Assembly: GCA_051294905.1 (NCBI GenBank) | Contig: CM119371.1 | Span: forward strand, 20,028,001-20,092,000 | Direction of reading: 5' to 3' | Source of the DNA: Botryllus schlosseri | Lineage: Eukaryota | DNA length: 64,000 nt | Shown: one piece after another, positions 40,611 through 52,225 of the stretch | Numbering within the stretch: position 1 is the first letter of the stretch | Layout: each line of letters starts with the position of its first letter | Made by a program: the position numbers and the translations under genes | Notes under the pieces: model-generated | Seen by the model: only the letters and a program-made list of their open reading frames with translations | What the model was told of the DNA's origin: nothing | The model's database searches: none

Positions 40611-43600
40611 GTGTTCACTGTTCATATCTGATTGCAAAATCCACTAGTAGGCGCCAAAGAGTCTCCGGAGTTATGGTAACCCTATTATATTATTACAACC
40701 AGCATGTATCGATCTTGCGGAGCTCCATGCTGTCGAGCTATAATTGTGGAATAACGGGTCATTTCACTACAGATAATTCATATTTTTGATATGACCGAAC
40801 CGGGTTAGTTAACGATGACGACAAACTTATCACCAGCACCAAAGTTGCTGACATTTAACTCACAAAAAAATCAGTGAACATTCATGTTCCATAGTCGCAC
40901 AAGGCACTAAAATATTTCAAAGTAAGCGAACGAATTCTGTCAATATTATTGATACATGTATTATTTGCGGGACGCATTTGTAACGCGGTGATCAGATTGC
41001 TAAGAAATCAGTATTTGGTGCTCCTACATTTCGATATCGAATGTTTCGGTCGACCGGATTCGGTCGTATGGGGCCATAAGGTTACTTAGCTCGCAAACAA
41101 TCTGGGAAGTCACCCGAGAAGTCGAACATTGACCAGGATATTGTATAACTTGGTGTGCTAACGACTCGGCGATGGCTGGCCCCTGAAATGCTGGCTGCAC
41201 AAGACTAGACGGAAGCACCTGAACGGCCTATGTAGCGGGACCAGGAATATGTCCTTTCGTTATTGAAAATAAATTAGACCACGGGTATCTAACTCAACAT
41301 GGGTCGCGAGCAGGATTCAAAATTTTTGCATCGCTCGCGATCCCTACCAGTCAAATGATTCCGAACTGTTACCTTACGTCCATACCCAAGATTTTCATTT
41401 GAAAATTGTATTACCAAGTCCATGTACACATAATGGTATAGTACATTGCATTGCGGATCATAGAAAGTCAATTCTATGAGTACCTTTGCTCGCAGGCAAC
41501 TGCGGTGACAAAAATATGATGGTTGGCCAAGTGAATACTGTGCAGTTATAACCCGTTAAATCAGTGGTTCTAGCGACAACGAAATTTAATTGGTGTATTT
41601 CTATGCTCCCGTTATTCTCTGCGTAATGTGTGCTGAGAGGGACACAACGTATTTAATTGTAAACGCCGACTTTGGAATTTGGTTCATTACTATTATTATG
41701 TCACCATTCTGGGTTATCCGGAGACAGGGATATTTTGATTCAGAAATTATACAATAGTGTGAACACGGATTCTTTGTGAACTATCATAATATCCTTGCTA
41801 GCTATATATACATATTATGGATTTCGCATTAGCGTTCTGGCATCTGTGATTATAACTATATTTTTCCATAAAACTCAAAATTAGGTGTGAATTTTTTGGC
41901 ATTTTCCAAATGTGGTGTCAAAGTCACCGACTTGTTCCTGATGGTGACTAAAGTGAAGCCATAAGATTTTCGTTGGATGGTTATAATTGTCATTTTCGAG
42001 ATTTGCTGATTTGAGGGTTTATTTAAGGGAAGTATTTATTACAAAAATCTCAATACTTGGTAAAAATGCAAGCATGGCATAATTTGTTCAGAATTGCTCC
42101 GCGGGTCTGATGAAATCGTCTGACAGACAGGATGCGGCCCGTGGGCCGGATGTTCGTCACACATGAGTCAGACTCGTTTCTTGAAATTATAGACATATTT
42201 CTTCTCTGTTAATTTGGGAGGGATATAAAAATAAAATGATTTGATGGCACTAATTCGCGCGAAGCGCGAAGAAATGTGTGAGGTTAAATAATTCTGGTGC
42301 GCAATATTTTCGAAAAATGGGGTGGGGGTCGCACGGCTATTTGTGCCTACCCTGGCTACGACAATGCGTCGATACCGTTTAATTAGTCATCAACATCCCA
42401 AATTTTACGGTCGTGCTTATCATATTTTGGGTTGGCCTTGCAAGTTCACAATAATGGGTAATTGATTTTCATGATAATAAAGCTCATTCGAAAAAATTAC
42501 CATGCGGGCCACTCAAAACTTTCGAATAAATCACGATTACTTCATGTCCGCTTATATTATCTTGTTTCGTGAAGTTTTACTACTCTCCGCAATCTGTTTA
42601 CGGCTCACAAAGACCCCTTATTCTTACCAGCACTGCTTGGATTCTCAGAGATTCTCTTCAGCGCAAGAGTAGTTTCGCACCACGGAACTCAGACAAATGG
42701 TTTCATGAGGAATGACGCACTATTTCTGCCACTGCGCGTATAATGATCTTATTTTACCCTGACACTCAGTAGTGACGCATGACATTATATTATCAATAAT
42801 CCTGATAGTGAGATATCTAAAGCAAAATTCTTGAGAATCAATAAAGTATACGAGTATCCTAGAGTTGCTTCGACCTGTACTTAGATACGATCATGATGTC
42901 CTTCAAACTTCCCAATCGTCGAATAACCGCGAAGCAGCCTTTCATAGATATTGTCGCAGGCTATGCACTAGGGATGATGTGAACGTGAGATTCACTTTCG
43001 CGTTCTGTGTGTGAACCTCGGAAATTTAGAGGTTCACGTTCACAACTGAATCTGGTAGGTTCTGCACTGTGAACCTTTTTTCATATATTACAATTTTCAC
43101 TTCATTATGACACCTTCCTTTCAAATTTATTGCATTTTAACTGCGGACTACTCTATTCATGGCGCCGGCAGTATAAAAATCTACAGTAAACGAGCTTGCA
43201 CCTTGACAATCTCAAAAGTTTTACTTGCTTTGTGACAAAAGTTTGCTCGAAATATCCAGCTTAATTTCCGTTTCTGAACATTCAGTGACTCTCTGCTGTG
43301 AGCTTGACCCGCAGTCACACAACATCACGAGTGAAATGCGTAGTCAGCAATGATGCTTACTCGGACAATCAATGAGATTGATATCGTTTTCGGATGAAAA
43401 AAAATAAAGCAGGTGTTCGGGTTCAATCTTGACTTCATAGGTTCACTGCATCATTAAAATGAAATCCGTACGATTGAGGTGTTGGCTACTGCTGTATAAC
43501 TTGTTAATGGAGTAAAATCGGCAGCAAGTATAGAAACCCGTTTTACACTCTGCTCAGTATAATTGTAGCAATACTCAGACGCCGAATACATTGTACGGTC

Positions 43601-43773
43601 TGGGCTAGACCGTTAAGGCGTAAGCTTTTATTCCCTGGTAAGCCTTCAAAATTGTTGGCTAAGCGACGGAAAATATTGATTTTATGGGATTATTATATCC
43701 TTTTATTGCCTCAGTTGATATATTTAGCGACGGTTAAAACGCCAATATGTACCTCAGCATTGTGGCATTATGT

Positions 43774-44213
43774 TAGGCTTACCATATTTTGGAAATCTAA
43801 AAAGAGGACACTTCTTCAGAAATTTGAGACTTGCAAAACCGGAGAAGACTTCCCAGAAACCGGTGAATTTTTCCCACTTTGTGAATGGTTGAGTAAAAAA
43901 AAGGTCATCTTTTCCGCTCAGAGCTCAAAATACCGTTTTTCTTTCCGCATTACTAGGTGGATGACTAAAAAAAAAGGTCATTTTTCCGACCAGAGCTCAA
44001 ATCACCGTTTTTCACTCTGAAATAACCGCCGCAGCGTCACTTCTGAGCTAGTTTACGGCATATCACTCGCGATTTGCTCTAATTCTGACCTGAATTTTCA
44101 AATAAGAGGACAAAATCTCAAAAAAGAGGACAAGAGAGCGTCCTCCGAGGACACTTTCAAAAAATTCAAAAAAGAGGACAAATCCTCTTAAAAGAGGACG
44201 TGTGGTAACCCTA
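43774..44213. mobile_element. hAT MITE (GAGGAC repeats), nested
   Basis: TAGGCTTACCA / TGGTAACCCTA, TSD CATTATGT/AATTATGT. The empty site is present in copy 1 (about 15593-15600). Confidence 0.8.
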
Positions 44214-44254
44214 AATTATGTGGCCCGAGTCGTCGCTAGGTATCGTGTACTGTG

Positions 44255-44838
44255 CAGGGTTGTAACCAAGTCACAAGGCGCCGAGTCACAAGTCAATCTC
44301 ACTTTTATATGTTTGACTCGAGTCAAGTCGAGTCATTTTCAATTCCCTCCGAGTCAAGTCCAAGTCCAAGTCAGCGAACAGAGGATCGAGTCCGAGTCAT
44401 GGTATTATGACTCGAGTCCGAGTCCAAGTCATTGTGTTGACTGCTCAATTTCCAGTTAAAGTCTTCCTAAACCCACTTTTTAAACTCTGTTTGGTGATAT
44501 TGAATGGTTCGCATTTATAATATATCAATTTTCGTCACTTTTAGCAGTTTCTGGTCGCATTTTCAAGCACCAGTACCAACAAACGAAATCCCAATAGTGT
44601 GTTGGCTTCGAAATTACAATGAAATATCGGTCTTGGCCGTCTGAATCTCGAGTCAATGACTTGCTTCGAGTCATGCGCAATGACTCGAGTCCAAGTCGAG
44701 TCAATACACAGATTAACTCGAGTCGAGTCGAGTCATTTCCGTGTTTTGAGAAAATGACTCGAGTCGAGTCGAGTCATCCGAAAATCGTGACTCGAGTCTG
44801 ACTCGAGTCGAGTCATGACTCGAGTCATTACAACCCTG
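44255..44838. mobile_element. hAT-like MITE (GACTCGAGTC repeats), nested
   Basis: CAGGGTTGTAA / TTACAACCCTG. Perfect TSD GTACTGTG. Confidence 0.9.
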
Positions 44839-45359
44839 GTACTGTGTACACTGTACGTACAAGTGTACCTTCATATAGGCTATCACTTCCCTGAAAGATA
44901 GGATGACGTCAAGATGTTCACGTTCGCGTTGACACAGAACCTTTCAAAAAGGTTCGCGTTCACACCATCCCTACTAGATACAGATCCGCGAAATTGTCTT
45001 ACTAGTCACATTTGTATTTTTGGATTTCTAACTTTTTATATAGCTGTACTGAATATGCCTTGGTACGGATTCTTCCTTTCGTGGAAACAGTTGCAATCGA
45101 ACCGTTTGGTGCCTTCACAAGCATTATGCAAGTAAATTTAATATTAACGCTTAATACGTCAGCACAAAAGAATGACATGCTCCCGCCCTGTCTAGTTGTG
45201 GCGTTCATCAAAGTCCATTCAAAGTCGTTTGCGTGGGGCACACAGCTCTTTCGTAGTGACACAGCTTCTGCACAATGGCCTGGAACGAATATAATTGTTG
45301 TTATTCAGACCGGTGAATTTCATTCCAAGAGTTTAGGTTACGAATTTGAATCGCTATGA

Positions 45360-45898
45360 CAGTGGTTCCCAACAGGTGGGAATTCCCTCTAGTGGGGAAT
45401 TCAATGGTTTGTAGTTGGGGAACAGACGCATCTGTTGAACAATACATACAGGATAGTCTACATATTTACGGAGACACATGCGCGATCGCCATTACCGGTT
45501 CACTGCTCTGGAATGTATGGATCGAAAATTATAAATTGAAATAGTCCTAGAAGGACGCCTAATTCCTAAATCATTTTTGGGAATTTCCCTGAAAAGGATT
45601 TGAATGCCACGAAAAATGCGACTCCGACGCGGCGAACGTCAGAGTTTCGTAAAAATATCGGGAGCAGAGTCGAAAATGATAACGTTTCTTTAGTCAACAC
45701 AATAGCATCGGTCCAAAATTTTTTTAAATCACCACTTTTCTTGGAGATTTCGGAATTCATAAAAAGTGTTCTCTTTTTAGGATCTCAAAATACGGTAATC
45801 CTATTTTAAAGGGTATATATGATTTTTGGGTAGTGGGGAATGTAGACTCGGAATAAATCTGAAGTGGGGAGTGAGAGTAGAAAGGTTGGGAACCACTG
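45360..45898. mobile_element. hAT (Charlie-like) MITE
   Basis: CAGTGGTTCCCAAC / GTTGGGAACCACTG. TSD CGCTATGA/CGCTATAT. Confidence 0.8.
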
Positions 45899-46409
45899 CG
45901 CTATATAGGGACTGAACTGCAAAGAAGCATGTGCAGCGCTGTTACTGAGGCAAAACCGACTCCTCATTTTTTTGGAACCCCGGCTGATTGCCCAAACGTG
46001 ATTAATAAATCAAAATAGATGCAGTATTCTGGCGAACACTCGTCAAACTGGAATTTTTTTTCGTACTTGCGCACTGATGTTTGCTGCAATTTTGCAACGA
46101 TACCGAACTGTGCAAGAAATCTGAAACTGCTGGCGATCACAATGCAATGAATTGTGTGCAGGGAAGAAAGTCAAGCGTATCGCTGCCTTTCGAATTGATT
46201 TTTCTCTTATCTGACCTCAACATTATCGCCGATGCATTAGAATTCATACATGACTGAAAACTCCAGATTTAATGATATTTAGATTGAAATCATTATCATT
46301 CATATTATTTTTTTTTCATACGCGAGTTGCAAAACTATTTTGCCTTCAAATAGATGTCGACCGGGGTGGGTGAGTCTGCGTCGTACTTTGAGATGTGAAC
46401 ATAAACGTG

Positions 46410-46424
46410 TCAGTGAACGATTTC
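46410..46424 (-). CDS. IB domain protein, putative terminal exon 3 (EIVH*)
   Basis: Acceptor atatacctcAG at 46425-46426. A phase 0 join gives GAA ATC GTT CAC TGA. Other termini are possible. Confidence 0.4.
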   Translation of the reverse strand, partial: EIVH

Positions 46425-46613
46425 CTGAGGTATATGCAATCAATTTGAGAAACCAAAAGTTGGCTCATTGTCATGGTTCTGGCAAAATTGCCAAAGTATG
46501 GAATGTACGGAATAAATTCCCATACCCTAACATGAATGTTTTCATATTCCATATCGAAAATTCGTTACATATCATACCATACCCTACCATACCATGGCCT
46601 GCCTCAAACCTAC

Positions 46614-46794
46614 CACATCGGACTCTTTCACGCATATGCCAGAATTTCCCACGATTATGAATTGCGCGTTCGGATCTTCACCGCATATAGGGCTGTCGAC
46701 GCAAGTGAGGCCCTTATTAAAGTCGCACGTTCCCGCTATCCCGAACGGCCCGCCGCATTTTTCGTAGAGTTGCTTCGAACACACATCGCAACAT
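46614..46794 (-). CDS. IB domain protein, exon 2 (CCDVCSKQLYEKCGGPFGIAGTCDFNKGLTCVDSPICGEDPNAQFIIVGNSGICVKESDV)
   Basis: Acceptor ctctgttccAG. GG|A joins to give the CGCCxxC IB signature. CGGxFGIxGTCD..GLxCV resembles the CRIM1 IB domain. Donor GTAGGT, with an alternative GT 4 nt further on. Confidence 0.88.
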
Positions 46795-49760
46795 CTGGAA
46801 CAGAGATATTTGTAAATCCGAATCCTTTAGGGTCTCTAGGTAATAAATCCACGTCCAAACACGAATATTTGAAAAATCGCATACAAATTGCAAACTAAAA
46901 ATATTTTCATGTCCAAAAATTATAAATTGAAATTGAGCCATAGTCTTTGAAAAGAGATTTTGCAAAGCTAAACATTCATCCGTGTTCAACGCTCAGACTT
47001 TGTCAGAAGTGCACGTGCGCGTTAGCTCGCAGCTTAGTGGGAACATTGGTCTCCGATGTAATGACATATTAACAGTCGAGATTAGTGGTTCCCATTTTTT
47101 TTTGTGTCGGAGCTGCATTTCAAATTTCCGAGTACGTCTGGAGCCGCGCGAACACACTCATTAGGTATAACAAAAATTATAAAACATGAAAGCACCTACC
47201 AACGAATAGCAACTCTAACAAGGAAACAAACAAAAAACAATTTCATGTTGAACTTAGCATTGGCTCTAAGCTACACATACATAAGTTGATTACAATCGAG
47301 AATCGTTTTTCTGGGCATTGGTTATCAAGTTGGGATACTTGGCCTCTGTAACTTGACTCCAAAATTCAAGTGAGTTTTCACTTTTAAATAATTGCTCGAG
47401 CTCGACATCCGACCGCATGTCTAGCAATTCAAGTTGAAAATTAGTAGGGGCGGTGGTCACATTCTATGCAATAGAATTCGGAAATATTTTCATCATGGGC
47501 AAGGAAGCATTCATTCCGTCAATGTGGCGGTTGAACCCATCAATAAAGTTGCTGTTGCCTTTTGTATGAATAAAATGATCCGTTAGTTTGATGGTCAGAT
47601 ACAGTTGGAAAATGTGTTGTAACCCTAGCTGGACTTAAGTCTGGGGGTGAGCCGACTTAAATTTGAGAGCAGATACCAACGCATTTGAGTGTGAGTATTT
47701 TGGAGAGAGAACGAAAGCGTTGCTGAGTAAGAATCGTTACTCGACAGCAGAGGAATTGGTCTATAAATATAAACTCCAGACTCCAAGCCAAGCAAGGGTA
47801 ACTTTGTACCATGAATTTGATTTTTTCGTTATAAATTTATTTTTTAATATTTTTGCGTGATTTTCAAACGTCAATGAGACCCGAAAGGAGGCTAGCTGGG
47901 AGCCGCATGCGGATCTCGGAGTCACCATGAGGAATCACTGGTCAAGATCGTCTCTACAAGCGTTATAAAATATTTTGGCGGGGTATTGAATTCTGAAATC
48001 AGGTAACCACAATTTAAAGGTATCTACAGGCGATGACGATGGTTTAGTTGTAAAGTAAGCCTATCAATGTGACCAAAAATACGTTAACGACTTTACAGTG
48101 TATAATTCCAGAGCAACAATCAGTATAAATACATCGAACCGAAATAATGAAATTGATACTAGCCAATGACACTAGTACTACTACCAATTATTTTATTGGA
48201 TTTGATGTGTGACACAAGGAACCTGCTACTAAGTTGAGGTGAATTGACGCAAGAACCGCTCCTCGCAAGAACCCCGTACCACATTCCCGATTGAATATAA
48301 GTATTGTCCACAGTTCGTTAACGTAACAATCAGTAGCTTCTGTACTACGCTGGTTTTGTTTTCCCAATAGACAAGACGATCTCAATATAATTTTAACCTC
48401 TTGGTCGTCTTATCGACGTGATTGTTCTGGCATTCCTTCTGAAATTGGTTGGGGGAAAACTACATCGACGATTTACTCCAGTGGTTCTCAACCGGGGGTC
48501 CGCGAAGCATATTTATGGGGTCCGCGAAGCCGTATTTTTATTTTATTTTCAAAATCGAGAAATTACGAGGTAGTTACGTTTCATTACTGCTTTATTCAAC
48601 TTCACGAGTCACATCAACAGAATAACCGACTGAGACGAAATATCATACTGCGCAAACTCATTTTATTCGACAAATAGCAAATAGCCTACTGACGAAAAAA
48701 TATTTCTGTTTTGATATGTTTTATTGGGGTCTGCAGAAAAAGAAAAGCAGGAATAGTGAGGTCAATCAGCGTGACTTCAAATGTTTGTAAAAATATGTTC
48801 AATAAAAAATGTGTCTTAATTTCGGCGGCATATATGGGCGAGTTGCGATCATATCCAAAGGGCTCGTCAGAAGCGTTGCTCGTTACAATATCATTCGTCA
48901 CCAAAAACCATCGTGGAAATAACTTTTGTGCACTCGTTGATATCAAATCCAAGACGCGAATTTTCAAGACACGCCCACGCATTTCAAGAACGGCAGCTGC
49001 AGAATTCGCTTCCGTCGACCTGTGCTGTGGAATGCTGGGGAATATTTTCTTGGCCAATTAACTCAACTGGAAAATGCTGGTCTTCACGCTACGCGCGATT
49101 TTATTTGTATGGGCTTTGTAATTTTAATATAGGTACCATCAGAAATTGGGTTGAAAATGAACAGGGGCTACGAGAAATCTTATTGGAAGCACGAGGAGTA
49201 CGATTTCTAAGGCTAAGAAACAATGCTAATACTATGGCTGAATAATGAATATATTTAGGTTGTTATTGATCTGTTCCAATAATAATTGAGGGCAAAATCT
49301 GACGCTGATATAATTCGACGTTGGCAATGACAGTGACATGTATAATTGTATATCATGGGTCGGTGTATATATGCCGCAAAAGATCAAGGACCAAAATAAA
49401 CTACGTCTGATATCATATCAATCTTCAGTAGATTTTAAAATATTCTGCATACAATTGCTGCACGGCAAAGGTCCACATGATGCATCCTTTCGCAAGATGT
49501 CTATAACTCATTATTTAAACAAATTGTGCCCGGCACAAAAACAATGATTTTTTCCGTGTCAAGCGTGAATGGTGTAATATTAAATTGCATTTTCACGATG
49601 TTTGTGGAATGCCTCTCTGCAAGCTCCTGTCAAATAATGCCTACTTGGAAATTATACATTGAATATCCCTATTATTCGTGCTGCGGCCCGCGGCGTCATC
49701 AAAACTAGGAAATTGGTCCGCGAGCACATTTGAGTTTGAGACCTCTACTTTAGAACTTAC

Positions 49761-49906
49761 CCACATACATCTTTCACGACCGTGACTCCTTCCGGGCAGT
49801 TGGTAGGACGGCAATGGCTTGCTTCCCAGCAAGGCAAGCATGACAGTGCGTTGATGGTGGACGCTCCCATGGCCCCGAGTAGAAAAAACACCACTAAGTT
49901 ATTCAT
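49761..49906 (-). CDS. IGFBP N-terminal (IB) domain secreted protein, exon 1 (MNNLVVFFLLGAMGASTINALSCLPCWEASHCRPTNCPEGVTVVKDVCG)
   Basis: ATG, hydrophobic signal peptide, LSCLPC...C...C...DVCG start of an IB domain, donor GTAAGT. Phase 2. Confidence 0.88.
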
Positions 49907-52225
49907 GATTCTGTCGCTTGAATGTAGTCAAAATATCTGAATCGAAACTTCAAGGTTTACGGACTTTTCATCCTCCAGTCATTACTGCGGCAAGTTTTCG
50001 CAACATTTTGTAACTCTTTTACAGCTTCCTTGAGCCTCCCAAATTCTCAGAATATATGTAGTATGATGTTTCTATAAGAATTGGGCGGAAACAGTAAACT
50101 GGTAGTCTGTGTATTGGTTGGAAAAGACAAATTTGCACAGTTTGACGAAGCCATACGCATCATGGGTGCTTGGTAAGTAGAATGTTCGATATGAGCAGTT
50201 AACCTGTGCTAGTAACGGAGTTTGTGTTTGTGATCTCAGCAAATGCCAAGTGATCTATCCTTGCATGCCGTGACTTCTACTGAGCTTGATATAACCGAAT
50301 TATTCTAGAAACGAATTTTAGTATTCGAGATAACTCATCCGAATATATTAGAAAATTGCCAGTCTGATACGTTACGTCACTGAGCAATCTGCAGGACCCT
50401 TCTTAACCGCTAGACATGTGTGCAAATATATTTGCAACTAAGATATGCATTACCAACTTAGCAGATTATTTAATGATGATCGCACAAGATACACATTACC
50501 TTTTTAGCTAAACATTTACGCTATTTTGAAGGTCTAATTCGATATCCTAATGCTGGACAAAGACCATGGGCGAATATCCAAAATCGTCCTGCCCGAGCTA
50601 TTTTTACAAAGCACTGACATTTTTAGGCGTATCTGCAAAGCAACCGACTATCGCTCAATGCGCAATTTTAGAAGTCAGCACATTAAAACTATGGGATTTT
50701 TAAAGGAACAGTGAAACCGATAAAAGTCTTCTATCCTCCGTCAATTGACATGCAGCTGCATAACATAAGTGACCAGATGGGATGCTAAAATTCCACTTCT
50801 AGTATGTTACGTCTGGCCTACTCTCTGTTGAAGATATAATTGTCTTACTTTGCTTAGCATACATTAGTTGAAGCTCTATCTTCTGATTCATGTGCTGTGT
50901 CTATCTGAATTGGATCGCAGTGAAGGCTGGATGAGTGGATATCTCTAATAAATATACCCACATTGCCCACGCATAGGTGAAACCTGCGATGACCGCGATG
51001 CGAATATTGGCCAAGAGGTCCATGTAAAATACGAAAACTTATTATATGGGATTTCATGTCTCAATCGCCTGCATATATAATGTTTGTTGAGGTAAAATTC
51101 CGGATTGGTCCATCTAAAAATGCAGATTTCGACCTAATGGTCTGAGGTTTCTGTTGGCGTGATTTGAGGTAGCCCGCACGCACAGTTAGGGACAAATCTT
51201 TCTTGAAATAACGCTCAACTGTCGGATAGAACCGGGGACAGACTCTGGCTCCAGCGACAGGCTCCGACAAAATTGCGATTTTGAAGTTCTTACTAATTAC
51301 TACAGCACGTTTCTGCAACTTTTGATACTTTTTACAGCTTCCGGCAGCCTCCTAAATACTCAGAAGTTATGTAGCATGGTATTTTAGGCAGTTTGAAGAA
51401 ATCTTATATTGCAATTTTTTGGAACTTGTCTCCATTTTTGTTCATGCAACTTTTTGAAGCTTTTTTGATTTTTCGTGCAGTTTTTTGTAACTTTTTCTCT
51501 TTCTCCTGCTCCTTTTGGCAACTTTTTTCGATTTTTCATGTAACCAACTTTTTACAGGAAATAATTGGCTTGATCGCTGTCGTTTAAATTTGAGGTCCTT
51601 GCTGATTTAACATACATTCAGGCGAGACCGCGGAAAATTATATTTTGACTTGGTATATTTTTCCAGGCTATTGATTGTGTTGAAGTCGCGAGCAGTGAGT
51701 TTTGATACAGTGCCTTGCATACAGATCCATTCAAGTGTCTCATACCCTAATAATTTCAAGGAACCTGCCAATAAATGCGACTTTTTAGTGCAAATTTCGG
51801 GAAAAATAAATGCAATTTCTTACTGCAGGTCTTGTGAAAAATAAGTGCAGCTTTCCCCGCATTTGACTGCAACAAATACTTGCCCAACTAATTACGCTTC
51901 ATTGCCTCAAACGATTGCTGTGTCACTACTCACTCCATCTAGTAGCCCATATATATACACCATTGGAAGGGTGTAGTTGGCTATATCAATAGGGTATTTT
52001 ACCAGTACCAGTTTCTTGAGCCCACGAACTTACAATAGGTAATTTTCGATGAAGTAATCAAACTAGGTCAAAGTTTTTTTTTTTGTATTTTGTCAGCGTG
52101 TGTCGTATATCAGGTGACTTATCGATAATGTCTCAGAAAAGTACCGCGAAGCAATTTTGATTGCCAAGTTTTCTATTGCGCAAACAACACGGGAAGCCGT
52201 ATTCAATTCGTAATATCTACTCGAA

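Larger units (their letters stand above)
37373..40684. mobile_element. TCCGGA-family hAT MITE hosting further insertions
   Basis: Left end GGGGTTGCCA...CCGGACATGTCCGG and body match 58936-60061. Right end TGGTAACCCTA at 40684. Confidence 0.6.
42969..44973. mobile_element. hAT-like MITE (GTGAAC family), copy 2, with two nested insertions
   Basis: Colinear with 14788-15786 once 43774-44213 and 44255-44838 are removed. Confidence 0.88.

Noticed and set aside
44202..44838. ORFs rich in SRVES/SSPSP, and similar NPNP ORFs at 36468-36915 and 39978-40460
   Set aside because: These are translations of MITE subterminal repeats.
46584..49906. Calling the IB gene CRIM1 or IGFBP7
   Set aside because: Only the IB domain is visible. 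The diagnostic downstream domains were not found, so no gene symbol is given.
12340..49906. Lectin and IB genes as one functional system
   Set aside because: They are convergent, about 18 kb apart and separated by TEs. Adjacency in a eukaryotic genome is not evidence of shared function.
50854..51318. Possible paralogous exon downstream of the duplicated upstream segment
   Set aside because: No signal peptide or IB cysteine pattern in the minus-strand frames I translated.
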